From Klebsormidium nitens (Eukaryota; Plantae; Klebsormidiophyceae), in assembly GCA_000708835.1 (NCBI GenBank), contig DF236980.1, forward strand, positions 163,999 through 227,998: 64,000 nt of DNA, written 5' to 3'. Position 1 is the first letter of the stretch. Each line of letters begins with the position of its first letter. The notes beneath the pieces were generated by a model. The model was not told the DNA's origin. It made no database searches and saw nothing but the letters and a program-made list of their open reading frames with translations. Position numbers and translations under genes: made by a program. This document shows positions 14,075 to 25,374 of this stretch, in pieces.

Positions 14075-15410
14075 AACGTTCGTCCGTGCGAAACTAAGGA
14101 GGAAGGGGCATGCGTTTACGCATGCACAGACTCGCCCACCAGCCAATAACTAACGAACCCAGGTGCATGTGGTCTGAGTCCGCACATGCACAGATTCCAA
14201 ATCGAAAGGCTACCATCGGCGCACATCTTCGATGTGTGTGTGGTCTGCCGGTTCCGCTTTTCCTTGGCCTTGGGTATCAGGCAAGCTACATCTCACCACT
14301 TGACGTCCCAGTACCAAGTCTTGCGCTGCTTGCAGCTTACATTAAGCTGGAGCAAGGTATGGTTTGACGCTGAGGTTATGGTATAATTTACTTGGGCCGA
14401 GTTGTGGGTATCCACATCCATCCCTCCTTGGAAGTCAAGTTACTCAAAATCTGACTGCTGTCAGTTCCAGGCCGTTTGCAATCGCCGCTGTCGGCCCACA
14501 CATTGTGCCAGCAGTCAGCTTTGTATGCATGTGCTGCCCATATATACGATCCCTTTAGTGGGCCTCGGCCGGGCCTGGCCTCGAATGTGCAACCGTACGA
14601 ACGGGCATCTGAATGCACGCGAGGGCCCCTGTCATGTTTTCTGTTCACAAGCCCATGCCCATTGCAGACATGCTGCCATCCATTGCTGGCTTCATGCACA
14701 GAAAAGGCATGGTGATTGTGAAAGTCCTTATATATTTGTTGAAATGTTTGTTGGAGGTACGGAGTTTCCACCCTGCAAGGTTTCAAGCGTGCCTGTTTTG
14801 TGCACAAGTGGTCTAATTGTCGATTCATTCTACCTACCTCGAACGGGGCCAGTAGTCGGAGGACTGTACAATTAAGCAGAGACCCCTTGCACCGTACTCG
14901 ACCGTACGAAGGGATCCCCCTGCAAACGCGATCCGACGGACTCTTGATCAAGTTCTGGACCGGAACTTGAGCTTGAAAACGGAATTGCGCGGGAAGGACT
15001 TCAAACACTTGACGTCAGCAGGGCCAAGCAGGCCTGCAAAAGCACCCTGGCCCCGGCCCCTTTCCCATCATAAGAAAGGACGCTTCAGCCTTCACCGTTT
15101 GGCATTGGCATTGTAGTCCTATGTTTACAAATGTCCGGGCAGCACAAAGTGCATCAAAGTGAATCAGTGCCAGTCGTATTGTCCCTAGCTGTCAACCGTT
15201 CTGGAGCAGCAACCTTTGCTCCGTGCGGCGCATTTCTACGTGCTGGTAATATTTGTATGAAGGTCTTTCTCGTTAAGCAGGGCACTTCACCACACAGTCA
15301 GCCGTGCTAATTGGAACTAAATAGTTGACCAGTGAGAGTACCGGGTGTCATTTGAAGTGGTAGCTCTGTGTAGAAGAACACCATCACAGCGCACTTTGAG
15401 GGAGCAAAGA

Positions 15411-18400
15411 ATGGGGGTGAAGGTAAGCTTGCTGACCTTTCGAATCGCTGAATCTTGAAAGTGGACTTGCCCCGGCCCATTCATTTGCTCCTGTCCTCAG
15501 CTTGACTTTGAGCTTCCAAACCTATTTTAAACCCTCTCCAAACCCAATCCAAACTCATTCTGCTTTGCAGGGTTTAACAAAGCTCCTGGCGGACAATGCC
15601 CCACGATGCATGCGAGAGCAGAAGTTCGAAAACTACTTTGGTAGGAGGATTGCTATTGATGCAAGTATGAGCATATACTCCTTCCTGGTAAGACACCTTA
15701 TCTGGAATATTCAAGTTGTCTCATGCTTTCCCAACTATTGCTTCCCCTTCAAGAGGACCATTGAGCAGGAGTTTTTTGCTTGCGGCAGTCCCAGAATGAT
15801 TCTGATTGACTGTGCGGCTCTCTCATCTTTTCACCATCACCGAACTGGATTAGCATATCTAGTGCAAAGCACCACTATAAAGCGCCACAAAAACCACCGC
15901 ACTACTAGCTTATCTAGTGCAAAGCACCACTATATAGCGCCACAAAAAGGTGACTCGGTGTTCATGCTTACCACAGATTGTGATTGGCCGGACCGGGCAG
16001 GAGACCCTCACGAACGAAGCAGGGGAGAGCACAAGGTGAGCAGAGGCACATTGCTAAAGGGCATTAATGACTAATCGCAAGGCTGAAACAGTCTCTGTTC
16101 TTGACGAATGCTTACTGAAAGTCACCAGTATGTCGATAAGAGTATGAATGTTGGTTGCGACTGGCACGTCAACAGATTGAACACTGACTGTGCGTTTCTT
16201 GGGATATTCGTGTGCAGTCATCTTCAAGGCATGTTTACGAGGACCATCCGATTGGTGGAGGCTGGCATGAAGCCCTTGTGAGTCCCCTGTGGTATCTTAC
16301 TGTCTTCGGAATTCACCCTCAAGTGTCCCGATCATTATTGTTGAAAGTTTCAGGTTTCATCCTGCGACAGGAGATATTTACTTAACATTTCCCCAAGTAT
16401 ATCGGCAATCTGGCATGGTTTTCAGCACATTCGTCAAAAATCCTTTTCTCCCCTAGTGCCCCATTCAGTTCCTGTACTTTATTCTCATATCCAGTTCATT
16501 GAATGATAAATTCCAAGACACTATGGTGGTATCCACAGCCGTTCATCACATCAAATGAATCCGACAGCCGGGAGGCGCCATGACCAGCGATGTAGATACC
16601 TGTCGATTGCCCTACTTGAGGGGGTATTCCATTCCTGGTTACGCTTCGGACTATCTGCATGAACTTCAACGTCAGACTTTTCTGGAGAACAATATAGCTT
16701 CATTGTGGTGCAATCAAAAGGCTTGATAGGGTTGGGCTTCACATCTCTTATTGGGTCTCTCCAGGTATGTTTTTGATGGGAAGCCACCAGAGTTGAAGAC
16801 TGCGGAGCTTAAGAAAAGGTAAGGCTCTGATATGAATTTGCTATCGAGACACAAGTCAGATACCTGGTAGACTTTGTAGCGTCACTGCCAGGAGTGGTAA
16901 ACAACGGTCATCTGTTAGAAATCTCAATTCTGTTTACCTGGACAATCAAACGATTGAGTACCGTACCGGGCACAAGGATTCAGCCAGGTTGGGTGTCCCC
17001 GATTTGTGCGTCAGCTCCATTCAAGTTGCCCAGCGGCCTCCTAGACGTACTTCATGACGAGAAGATTTAGGGAGGAGAAGTCTCGACCTAACTGGAAACC
17101 TGATTGAAGATTACGCGCTCCCCACGTGCACCCACCCTAAACCCCTACCTAACCCACCCGTCCCAGCGCTGATTCTTATCATTCACTGAGCTTATTGGTC
17201 ACTGCGTTGATTGGGAGCTTCTTCACCCCACGCTGGTGACAGGCTGGAGAAGCCCATGGATGCTACCAGAAGTTGACAACAGAATATCTAAGCGCCTCCG
17301 CACCTGAACCTACCCTACCAACCCATCCCCCAGCCATGGCCTCACAGGTGTTAGTTCCTTACACACAACAAATCCATTTTCAATGCAGGCTGGAAAAGCG
17401 CACGGACGCCACCGCCGCGCTGGCCACTGCGCAGGAGACGGGAGAGGCCGCCGACATCGAGAAGTACAGCAAGCGCACGGTGCGCGTGAGCCGCCAGCAG
17501 AACGAGGACTGCCGCAAGCTGCTCCGCCTGATGGGCGTGCCTGTAGTGGAGGCACCCGCCGAGGCGGAGGCAGAGTGCGCCAACCTCTGCAAGCTGGGCA
17601 AGGTGAGAGGGCACCCGCACGATAGACAAGGGGCCGGTATACGAATGAGCGAGGAACTCAAAAGGAAGCGACGGGAGCCCGCACAAAGCGGTGGAGATTG
17701 GGCGTAAAAGGTCCGCAGGTGGAGCGGTCAGTCCGCTGTCAGAATCGGAGGTGGAGCCAGGGCTACCGACGCTTCTTGCCATGCCTACGCCCATTTCTGG
17801 TGCTAGTAAGGCCCAATGACCGTGTGTCCGAAGTGTTGGGGATTTGGTGGAGCTCCGTCCAATTCGATACAAGCCACTATTGGGGCTTCATTTGACTTAT
17901 CCGTCATGAATATTGAATCCCATTCCGGTCACTCGTGACGTGTGTCTCATTTTTGCCAGACTTATGCATTTCTATACTCGTGAAGAAGCCGTAAAGACAT
18001 TGAACGCTGCCTTAAGGATGTTCTTTCTCTGTTCTTGACAAGTCTTCGACTTTGTGATGGAGTATCCTGCCCCTCGATTTGAAAGAGACTATCTCGGAGT
18101 TAGCGGGTTACTTCCGTTTTTATCCTTTCCCACCGTCGGTTTTCACAGCCACTTCTGGAACCGCGAACAAGTCTACGAACGCGGGCAATCGAAGGATCAC
18201 CGCAAGCATTCATGAACATCTGCAGATTTGTACTTAGAACTTGCCGTTCATGGGGTAACTATGCTCCTCATGCTTTCCGGTTCCCCACCCAGGTGTACGG
18301 GGCTTCCACGGAGGACATGGATGCTCTCACGTTCGGCACCCCGCGCCTGATCCGCCACCTCATGGAGCCCGCCGCGCGCAAGATCCCTGCCATGGAGTTC

Positions 18401-21400
18401 GAGCTAGATAAGGCGAGTATTGGTCTCGCTCAATTAACACTGGAACTGTCAAGTTTCTAGGGAGATGCTGTGAGCCACTGGTGTCAGTCACGCTTAGTCT
18501 AACACTGAGATCGTCAAGCTGCTCGGGAGATGCTGTAATCCTTCGACCCTGACCTTACGTCCGAGTCTAATCGTCAAAGATCCGTTAACTGCAACGGAAG
18601 GTTTGAAGGCTGAACAAAACGGAAGCTGTCAAGCTGCTCGGGAGATGCTATAATGCTTCGACCCTGATCGTACGTCCGAGTCTAATCGTCAAAAATCCGT
18701 TAACTGCAACGGAAGGTTTGAAAATTGAAGGAAACAAAAGCTGTAAAGAGTGATTGCCTTGATTTGGAAGACATTGCACACACCTCCCTACATACCAGCT
18801 TGTGTGGACCAACAGCAAGCGAAACAATTGAAACACGAAGATACTCGCTATTTCGACTAGTCGTTTCTTGCAAGTAGATCTCTTTTCATTTTTTGCACGT
18901 AGATCTCTTTTTTCTTGCACGTAGATTCTGGAGGAGCTGGCCTTGACAATGGACCAATTCATCGACCTCTGCATTCTCAGCGGCTGCGACTACTGCGACC
19001 CCATCAAAGGTATACCGTCAGCTATGGACCTTTCAGGAGGCCGTAAAGCTCCGAAGTTTTGCCTCTTGCTTTCACCTTGCTACCGGCGTTGCTAAGCATA
19101 GTCGAACGACGGCCATTGACCTCCAAGAGTGTTCGTTTTGCATCAGTATCAGTCGCTCTCCCAGATTCACTCAAGGAATACGCAGCAGTATCCGAGTTCA
19201 AAACCGCGGCTCCGTTTTGGGCACGGAAGCCGTTACAAGCTCCACTTTATGGGGTTTCTACGAGGCCACACTCGACTAGAACCTTTTCGGCTTGTTTTCG
19301 AAGTCATATTTTCGATTTTACCAAGCTTCCTGCGCATAAACGTTGTCAGTGTTCGTACAAGCATGTCGCAAATTTGCCCTGTTTTCGTTTTGCTATTCCA
19401 AACGACTACGTTTGTTGCCGAGAATCCCCCGGTGAATATGGGCCCTGGCTGGTGCAGGCATCGGGGGTATCACCGCGCTCAAGCTCGTTCGGCAACACGG
19501 CAGCATCGAGAAGATCCTGGAAGCCATCGACACCGCCAAGTGAGGAAGCCCCTTCTACCAGCAGTCTCGATTTTCTGTTGAGTTACGGCTATGTTGAGTT
19601 AGATCATGCCCGGGGGACGGGTGGGGTTGGTTTGGGGGTTTAGGGTGGGTGCGGGTGCGGAGCATGTTAACTATCGGTTTGGGTTTTTAGTTTGTTTGAG
19701 CCCGGGGACTTGATCTAACTCAACATACACGTAATTCAACATAAAATCGAGACTTATCCTTCTACCTCAACCTGCTTTGCTGTGTACCTGACTCTATCGC
19801 GTGCCTGTTGTTCAAAAGAGCTGTTGGCAGGTTCTGTCAGTTTTGTCAGTTCTGTCACCTTCTTGAAAAGGGTGTCAGCGAACGCATCCGCGTTTGGCGA
19901 TCAATCACCACGGAACGGGGCTGTTTCCGTCGCTTCGATACACACGTCCTGGCAGCGACTTTGAAGCTGATTTCTGCTACTCGAAGGACGCCGCCAAAGC
20001 CGCGTCGATTCCTTGATTTGCAACGGGCCGAAAGGGCGTCAGATGCCAAGGGCAAACCTGTGCAATCAAGTCCTCGTCCTCAGGAAGAAAGTACGTCCGA
20101 GGGCCAATATTGAATCCCGACACCGCCTTCGGCGACCAATCCAGTGCCGAGGCACACTATCTGGTCGCCTGAGGGTTATTCATGCCCCGACGCCCTCTTT
20201 CACCGTCTCCGCGCTCCGTCGCCCGTTCTCACGTTGTGGCAAAATCTGGTAGTTCGGAAGCCCTAGAAATCGGCAACTCTAAACCAAAAAGTGGCCGGTT
20301 GCAGGTACCAGATTGCCTCCGATTGGCCGTACAAGGAGGCGCGCAAGATGTTCCAGGCGCCCGAGGTGACCCCCGCGGACCAGATCCCCGAGTTCAAGTG
20401 GGTTGCGCCGGACGAAGAGGTACGCCACGCACTTCGTTTATTCACCGCTGCACTTGCGCAGGGGCCTGCCGGCCAGTCAAAACTCCTTTACTATATGATA
20501 ATAAGCTCAAGTTCCGCTACAAGGCGAACCTAATATAAGATTCTACACCGGAAAGGTTAACGGCTCCGCAACCCGTGCCCCAAACTACATCCCCAAACTA
20601 ACCCCACCCGGCTCAGAGAGGCTGATCTGATATAAACTGCGGTTATCGTTACTAATCTAGGAAGTCGAACTTTTGGCCTGCCGCCCGTGTCTCAGCTGCC
20701 CTGCTTGAGCGTTACTCCACGGGCCGTTTGCGAGTTTCGGCACCGAGTGGTTTCTCATGCAGGTCGAATGCCGTGCACTTTGAGAATTGGTAACCTCCGT
20801 TTCATCTGAGCTGTTACTATTTAGGCATTCACCCAGGGCACAAAGCAACCAAATTTGGAGTAACAAAATCACGCATTCCGCACTCATTACCCCAAATGAA
20901 CCTCACCTGTCTCCGAGACCTGTATCTAAGTGAACGAAGCGCATCGATAAGGACGATTCTTACACTTTGACGCTGATGCGTGCTTTTGTTCGCGGCAGGG
21001 CATCAAGAAGTTTTTGGTGGACGAGAACGGGTTCAACCACGAGCGGGTCACCAAGGTAAGCCCGCCACGTCACTGGCTACGTCACTCCTGCACGTCCCGA
21101 CGTTACTCCGTCGATTACCGTCGACAGCTTCTTGATGGGTCCAGAGACACATTTTAGATGAGTCACTCGAGACCGAATGACCCAAGCAGACAAGCACAGC
21201 CTGGTTACTTTCTCGGCGGCCTGGTGACAGTTTTAGTGGGAGTCGTCCGTCTCAGCGCACTTCGACTTGGTTTTTAGCAAATCGACACAATCATCCGAAT
21301 GTTTGAGAATGATTCAACTCGGGTAAAGAGCAAAGTCGAAGTCACTGCCGTGTAAAGTATTCCAAGAATCTTACAAAACTGTTCCAAGAATCGAGAAAGG

Positions 21401-22152
21401 GTAATAATAAATGCGCATGGATAGATGCAGGGTAAAGCAAAAAATTCAATGGACTACCGCTTGACGACTGCGTCCCATTGGGCTGCAGGGTATTGAGAAG
21501 CTGAAGGCGTCGCGCGCAAAGGGGGCGCAGGGCCGCCTCGACACGTTCTTCAAGATCACCCCCGGAGCCGGCGGAGCAGCGCCTAAACGGAAGGTAGGTC
21601 CGGTTGCAGATTTTCTTGCCGTTTGTCAGAATTGTCAGAGGGAGGAATTAAAGGATTATAGGTCGAAGGGATCCCTCAAAAGCTACCGGCCGAGAGTCCG
21701 CATTCTCCTTCCATCGGTTCTGTCAAGCGCAGGAGGACTTGGGATGGAGGCGCCTGAGAGGAAGAAAATTGCCGTGCAATTGGATTGTTATGATATGCAG
21801 TCCGTGCTTATGGCAGGTTCGGATGCTCCCCTAAGGCAAAGGACTTCTGACGTACTTGGTTTTTGGTACGTCTCCGTCTCGGAGGTCTCGCTTTACCTGC
21901 AGCGATGCTTTCTCAAGAAGCTCGTCCTAGCTGCGACACCGCTCGCGTGGTCTCTTGTTAACCTTGTAGGTGCCTCGATTAGTTGCGGCTCTGCTTTCTT
22001 TTATAAGGACTAAGCTAAAACGTGAATCGTGCATCTCAATCTGAGGCTTGCACTTGCAGGCCGAAGATGATAAAGGGACGAAAGGAGCACCTGCAAAGAA
22101 AGGCAAGGGGGCGAGCACGAAAGCCGCTGCGCCAAAGGGGAAGAAGAAGTAG
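15411..22152 (+). CDS. FEN1: Flap endonuclease 1, 390 aa, 13 exons
   Basis: Exons 15411-15422, 15571-15687, 15977-16035, 16218-16277, 16765-16818, 17389-17602, 18293-18412 (GC donor), 18925-19009, 19458-19539, 20305-20419, 20999-21055, 21489-21593 and 22060-22152 total 1173 nt. Motifs include [56 protein letters not shown] and [12 protein letters not shown], plus the PIP box QGRLDTFF and a basic tail. Confidence 0.97.
15850..15948. repeat. ~57 bp direct duplication in FEN1 intron 2
   Basis: TAGC(A/T)TATCTAGTGCAAAGCACCACTATA(A/T)AGCGCCACAAAAA occurs twice in tandem. Confidence 0.85.
17111..17165 (+). repeat. C-rich/G-rich ~60 bp dispersed element, copy A (FEN1 intron 5)
   Basis: GCTCCCCACGTGCACCCACCCTAAACCCCTACCTAACCCACCCGTCCC is the reverse complement, with few mismatches, of 19613-19671. 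Confidence 0.75.
18446..18745. repeat. ~115 bp tandem repeat (2 full copies plus 1 partial) in FEN1 intron 7
   Basis: GTCAAGCTGCTCGGGAGATGCT..AAT.CTTCGACCCTGA...TACGTCCGAGTCTAATCGTCAAA.ATCCGTTAACTGCAACGGAAGGTTTGAA starts near 18513 and again near 18628. A partial copy lies near 18446. Confidence 0.9.
19613..19671 (-). repeat. G-rich dispersed element, copy B (FEN1 intron 9), with G-quadruplex potential
   Basis: GGGGACGGGTGGGGTTGGTTTGGGGGTTTAGGGTGGGTGCGGGTGCGGAGCATGTTAAC is inverted relative to copies A and C. Confidence 0.75.
20556..20612 (+). repeat. Dispersed element, copy C (FEN1 intron 10)
   Basis: GTTAACGGCTCCGCAACCCGTGCCCCAAACTACATCCCCAAACTAACCCCACCCG aligns to the reverse complement of copy B. 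Confidence 0.7.
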
Positions 22153-22984
22153 GTGTATTCGTAGACGACTGGAGTAGCCCCACGTGCAGTCGAAAGGAGT
22201 TACAAGTGCCCCGCGAAGACGGTGGTCGATTGCAAGCAGCTTGTGTGCATTGGGAATGAAAGGCTGCTTAGCGGAGCAGAGCCACATTGAACGTTCTTCC
22301 AAACGTTGTGAATAGGTACATGTAAGAAGCTTCGCTGACTTTGAACTGAGTTGATGAGCTGAAGTGCTTACTGGAGGAGTTGTCCCGAACGGACTTGTTT
22401 ATTTCTTTCACACAGGATTACTGCACTGATTCGCATGGCGCTCAGTACTTCCATATGAGGCGTAAGTATACGGCTGGTAATGTCTGGTAGTGATATTACT
22501 ATTTTGTTTTCAAATTAACTTGAGCTCGGTCCCGCCAGCCGCACTGCAACTTGGCAACTGCCAGTGATCGACAGGCTAAGGGCGTTAACAAATTGGAAGT
22601 TACCATGGGTTATCTTCTCCGGCCATGATCTCATGCAGACCAGCGGCCATGCACGGGTGCACCGTGCACCGTACACATCGGAACAAGTCATATAGGGACT
22701 GAGCGGTTATATAAGGCCGGCATCATGCAACGTCTGGCAACATTGGAATAGCCATATACGGCATCGCAGAGACAATGTTCTTTTTTCTGCCTTTTGACTG
22801 GATTCAATTACAAGCCACAACAATTCATGCATGCTGGGCATGTGAGAGCACTGTTGAAGCACTGGCGCGCACACATCCCTTGCAAGCCTGCCCCTCGGGA
22901 CCCGCTGTAATCCTTCAGCCAAGAAGTGAGCGATGATTCTTTCTGAACCTCCCGAATGCACGTACGTTGAAACTTGAACAGCTA

Positions 22985-24681
22985 CTATTGAATATAGGAT
23001 CGAAGTGCCGCTACAGCATCCCCTTTATGCTCTCGAAGAATCCTTTCGGCCTCCTTTTTGTCGAGCTGCGCGGAAAAGTAAACTGTTGAGATGATGAAGT
23101 GGAGAAGCGAGATTGAAGAATCTAATGCGACCGATCATTCAGAACGATATCAGAGCTCGAAACATCTCTGACACGCAAGCAGCTGTCGATAAGGTCAACA
23201 TTACAAGCTTCGAGAAGACTTAAACGCCATCGACTGTGGTGGATCACACCTCACCTCTAGTTCGTTTACGATGACGTCTAAATCCGACTGGCTGACTTTC
23301 ACTGCCGCCAGCTCCTTTTCTCTGCACACACGGATCCATCAATCTTGTGAGCCTTTGCAACTCAAAAGGTCAGCTTATTGTGTTCCCCTGATGAATCCGT
23401 ATTGTCTGCAGGAATTGGATTTGTCCTACAATGGAGTGCGAAAAACCACAACCGTTTTTCAGCCTTCAGTAGAACCGAAACTATGAAAAAAGTGGACGAG
23501 ACGGGACCAGAATAAGAGCTGAAGGAAAGGGAATCCGATGCTGATGAAGAAGTGAGCGTACATTGAAACTGGAATCCGTATCCGACTGGACTTCGCACAG
23601 ATATGACCCTACTGGTCGAAACTGAGCCCGCTAAGCGTCTAGCTTTTGCGAACGCCAATAGTTTCCAAGTTTTTTGACCCCTTGGATCTCCGAAGCTAAT
23701 CCCTCGGAATCGCCAGTCGTACTAAAGTCTGTGCGAACATGACAGGGGATACCTTCGGTTTCAAGGACAAGTCTGACTGATATAGAAGGGCTCAGCCGTC
23801 TCACCTTAACCGCTGCGCCTGTTTGTCAGCCGCATCGCTTGCATTTATGGACTCCATGGCCTGGAAAAAGAAGGAGCACCACCGATTGGATGGACCTTGC
23901 AAAGATTCACTTGAACATTTTCAAGGTGACTTTGTAGGGACTAATGAGGAGATTATAGAGGTGGTGGCACCTCTTTAAAAGAACTTTCCTCAGAAATGTT
24001 CAATCAGTCATTGCTGAGCCCTAGAGCTCCATAAACTGGCATCTGTGAGACTTTCCTTCGGACGTTGCTTACCACCACTTGTGGAAAAGAAAAAGGGTAA
24101 ATGAAAGTAATAATCAGAGATAGGAAGGCTGGAAAAGCACACGGGAAAAGTCCTGATGAGCCCCTCCGGATCTCACAACGGCCAGCTTAGGAAAGCTTCT
24201 CCTGAGGGGAATGCTGATCAAATGGTGGCGCTCTTTGCTGAGTTTGAAGCGGAAGTCTATGATCCTCATTCCACAACAGCATATCATGATGTCTGGAGCG
24301 GTCACACCATCAACTTCTTTCTGCCCTCTTGACTCAGAAAAATGTACAAAATATTTCTCAAAGTACTCCCGTTCGGAAACGCCGGAAGATAAGCTTTCTA
24401 TTGTCAAACAATTTCTTGACACCCCTGGAAACCCTCTGCGAGTATTCCAAAAGGATCTTTGGGTTGATTTCCAAAGGTCACGCCACAAGAGCTTTCTGCG
24501 AATTGCCTGGAAGCTGCAGGCCGCACTGCAGCTGTCGTACCTGTTTTACTTTGGAGGCGTCCATCTCTTTCTCCTCAACATAGTCCGTAATCGAGTTAAG
24601 CGCCTTGCTCTGCTGCTGGACGTCCCGGGAAGCCATTTTTGGGTCCCCATTGCCCTCCGCCTCTTGAGGATCGTCCGACAT
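22985..24681 (-). CDS. HYPK: HYPK (Huntingtin-interacting protein K; NatA-associated, UBA-like C-terminus), 114 aa, 4 exons
   Basis: Exons 24681-24541, 23860-23805, 23321-23255 and 23065-22985 total 345 nt. They give MSDDPQ...ALNSITDYVEEKEMDASKVKQAMESI...LREKELAAVKVSQSDLDVIVNELELDKKEAERILREHKGDAVAALRSYIQ, the characteristic HYPK sequence. Confidence 0.93.
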
Positions 24682-25374
24682 CTCTGACAAAGTCCTTAGC
24701 TGGAAGATGGGAAACTTTTGACTGCGCCTGACTATGGCAGCTGTCCAGAGAGTGCCCTTGCTTTTTGCTGGAGAAATGGACAATGCACCACCCTTTGAGC
24801 AATAGGTCTCAAGCACTGACCCTGTTCCCCTGTGCAAACCAACAAGGTTTTGATTTGTCACTGTGAGGGGCAAGGAGTTTGACAATGGTCTCCTATGGGC
24901 GGCCCCTGCAAACTGATCTCCAGACTGGACCGGAAAGCGCATGCAGCCTCAGTCCGACGGCGATAGTGGTGTCAATGCGCATACTTTTCGAAGCTTTTCC
25001 ATCCACCCCCCTTCTGCGTCTGCTGGTTTTCTCCCCCCCTCGAAGTTTCATTCTTTCTTTGGTATGTTGAATCCGTCGATCTGCCCAAGCTGTACGGTAT
25101 ACCGCGCTACCGACGTACCGACGGTACCGTATCCTGTAATTGCGTATACCTTATTATAAGCGGCCGGGAGTGCCTTTTCACACTTTCCCGCGCCTCCTTT
25201 CGATTCGGCCCTTGCTCAGTTCCTGACGTGCTGCCGTGCTGGACTTCTGCCAAGTGGGAGAAACGCCAACTGGTGCGTTGCCTAGGACGACGCCAGCCAA
25301 TCTTTCATGCAGATGCTCATGAGGCACGAGCTCATTTGCAAGCCAGCTGATTCAGGTTTCCAGGGACTCTAGCA
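24682..25374. promoter_or_regulatory. Divergent promoter region between HYPK and the unknown gene (693 bp)
   Basis: ATGs at 24681 (-) and 25375 (+). Confidence 0.55.

Noticed and set aside
14388-15008. 206 aa minus-strand ORF between NAA35 and FEN1
   Set aside because: No recognisable motif, no GC3 bias, overlapping ORFs of similar length in other frames, and it lies in 3'UTR/promoter-type sequence.
501-25166. Shared 13-mer TTATAAGCGGCCG at 501-513 and 25154-25166
   Set aside because: Many 13-mer matches are expected by chance in 64 kb, and the flanks do not align.
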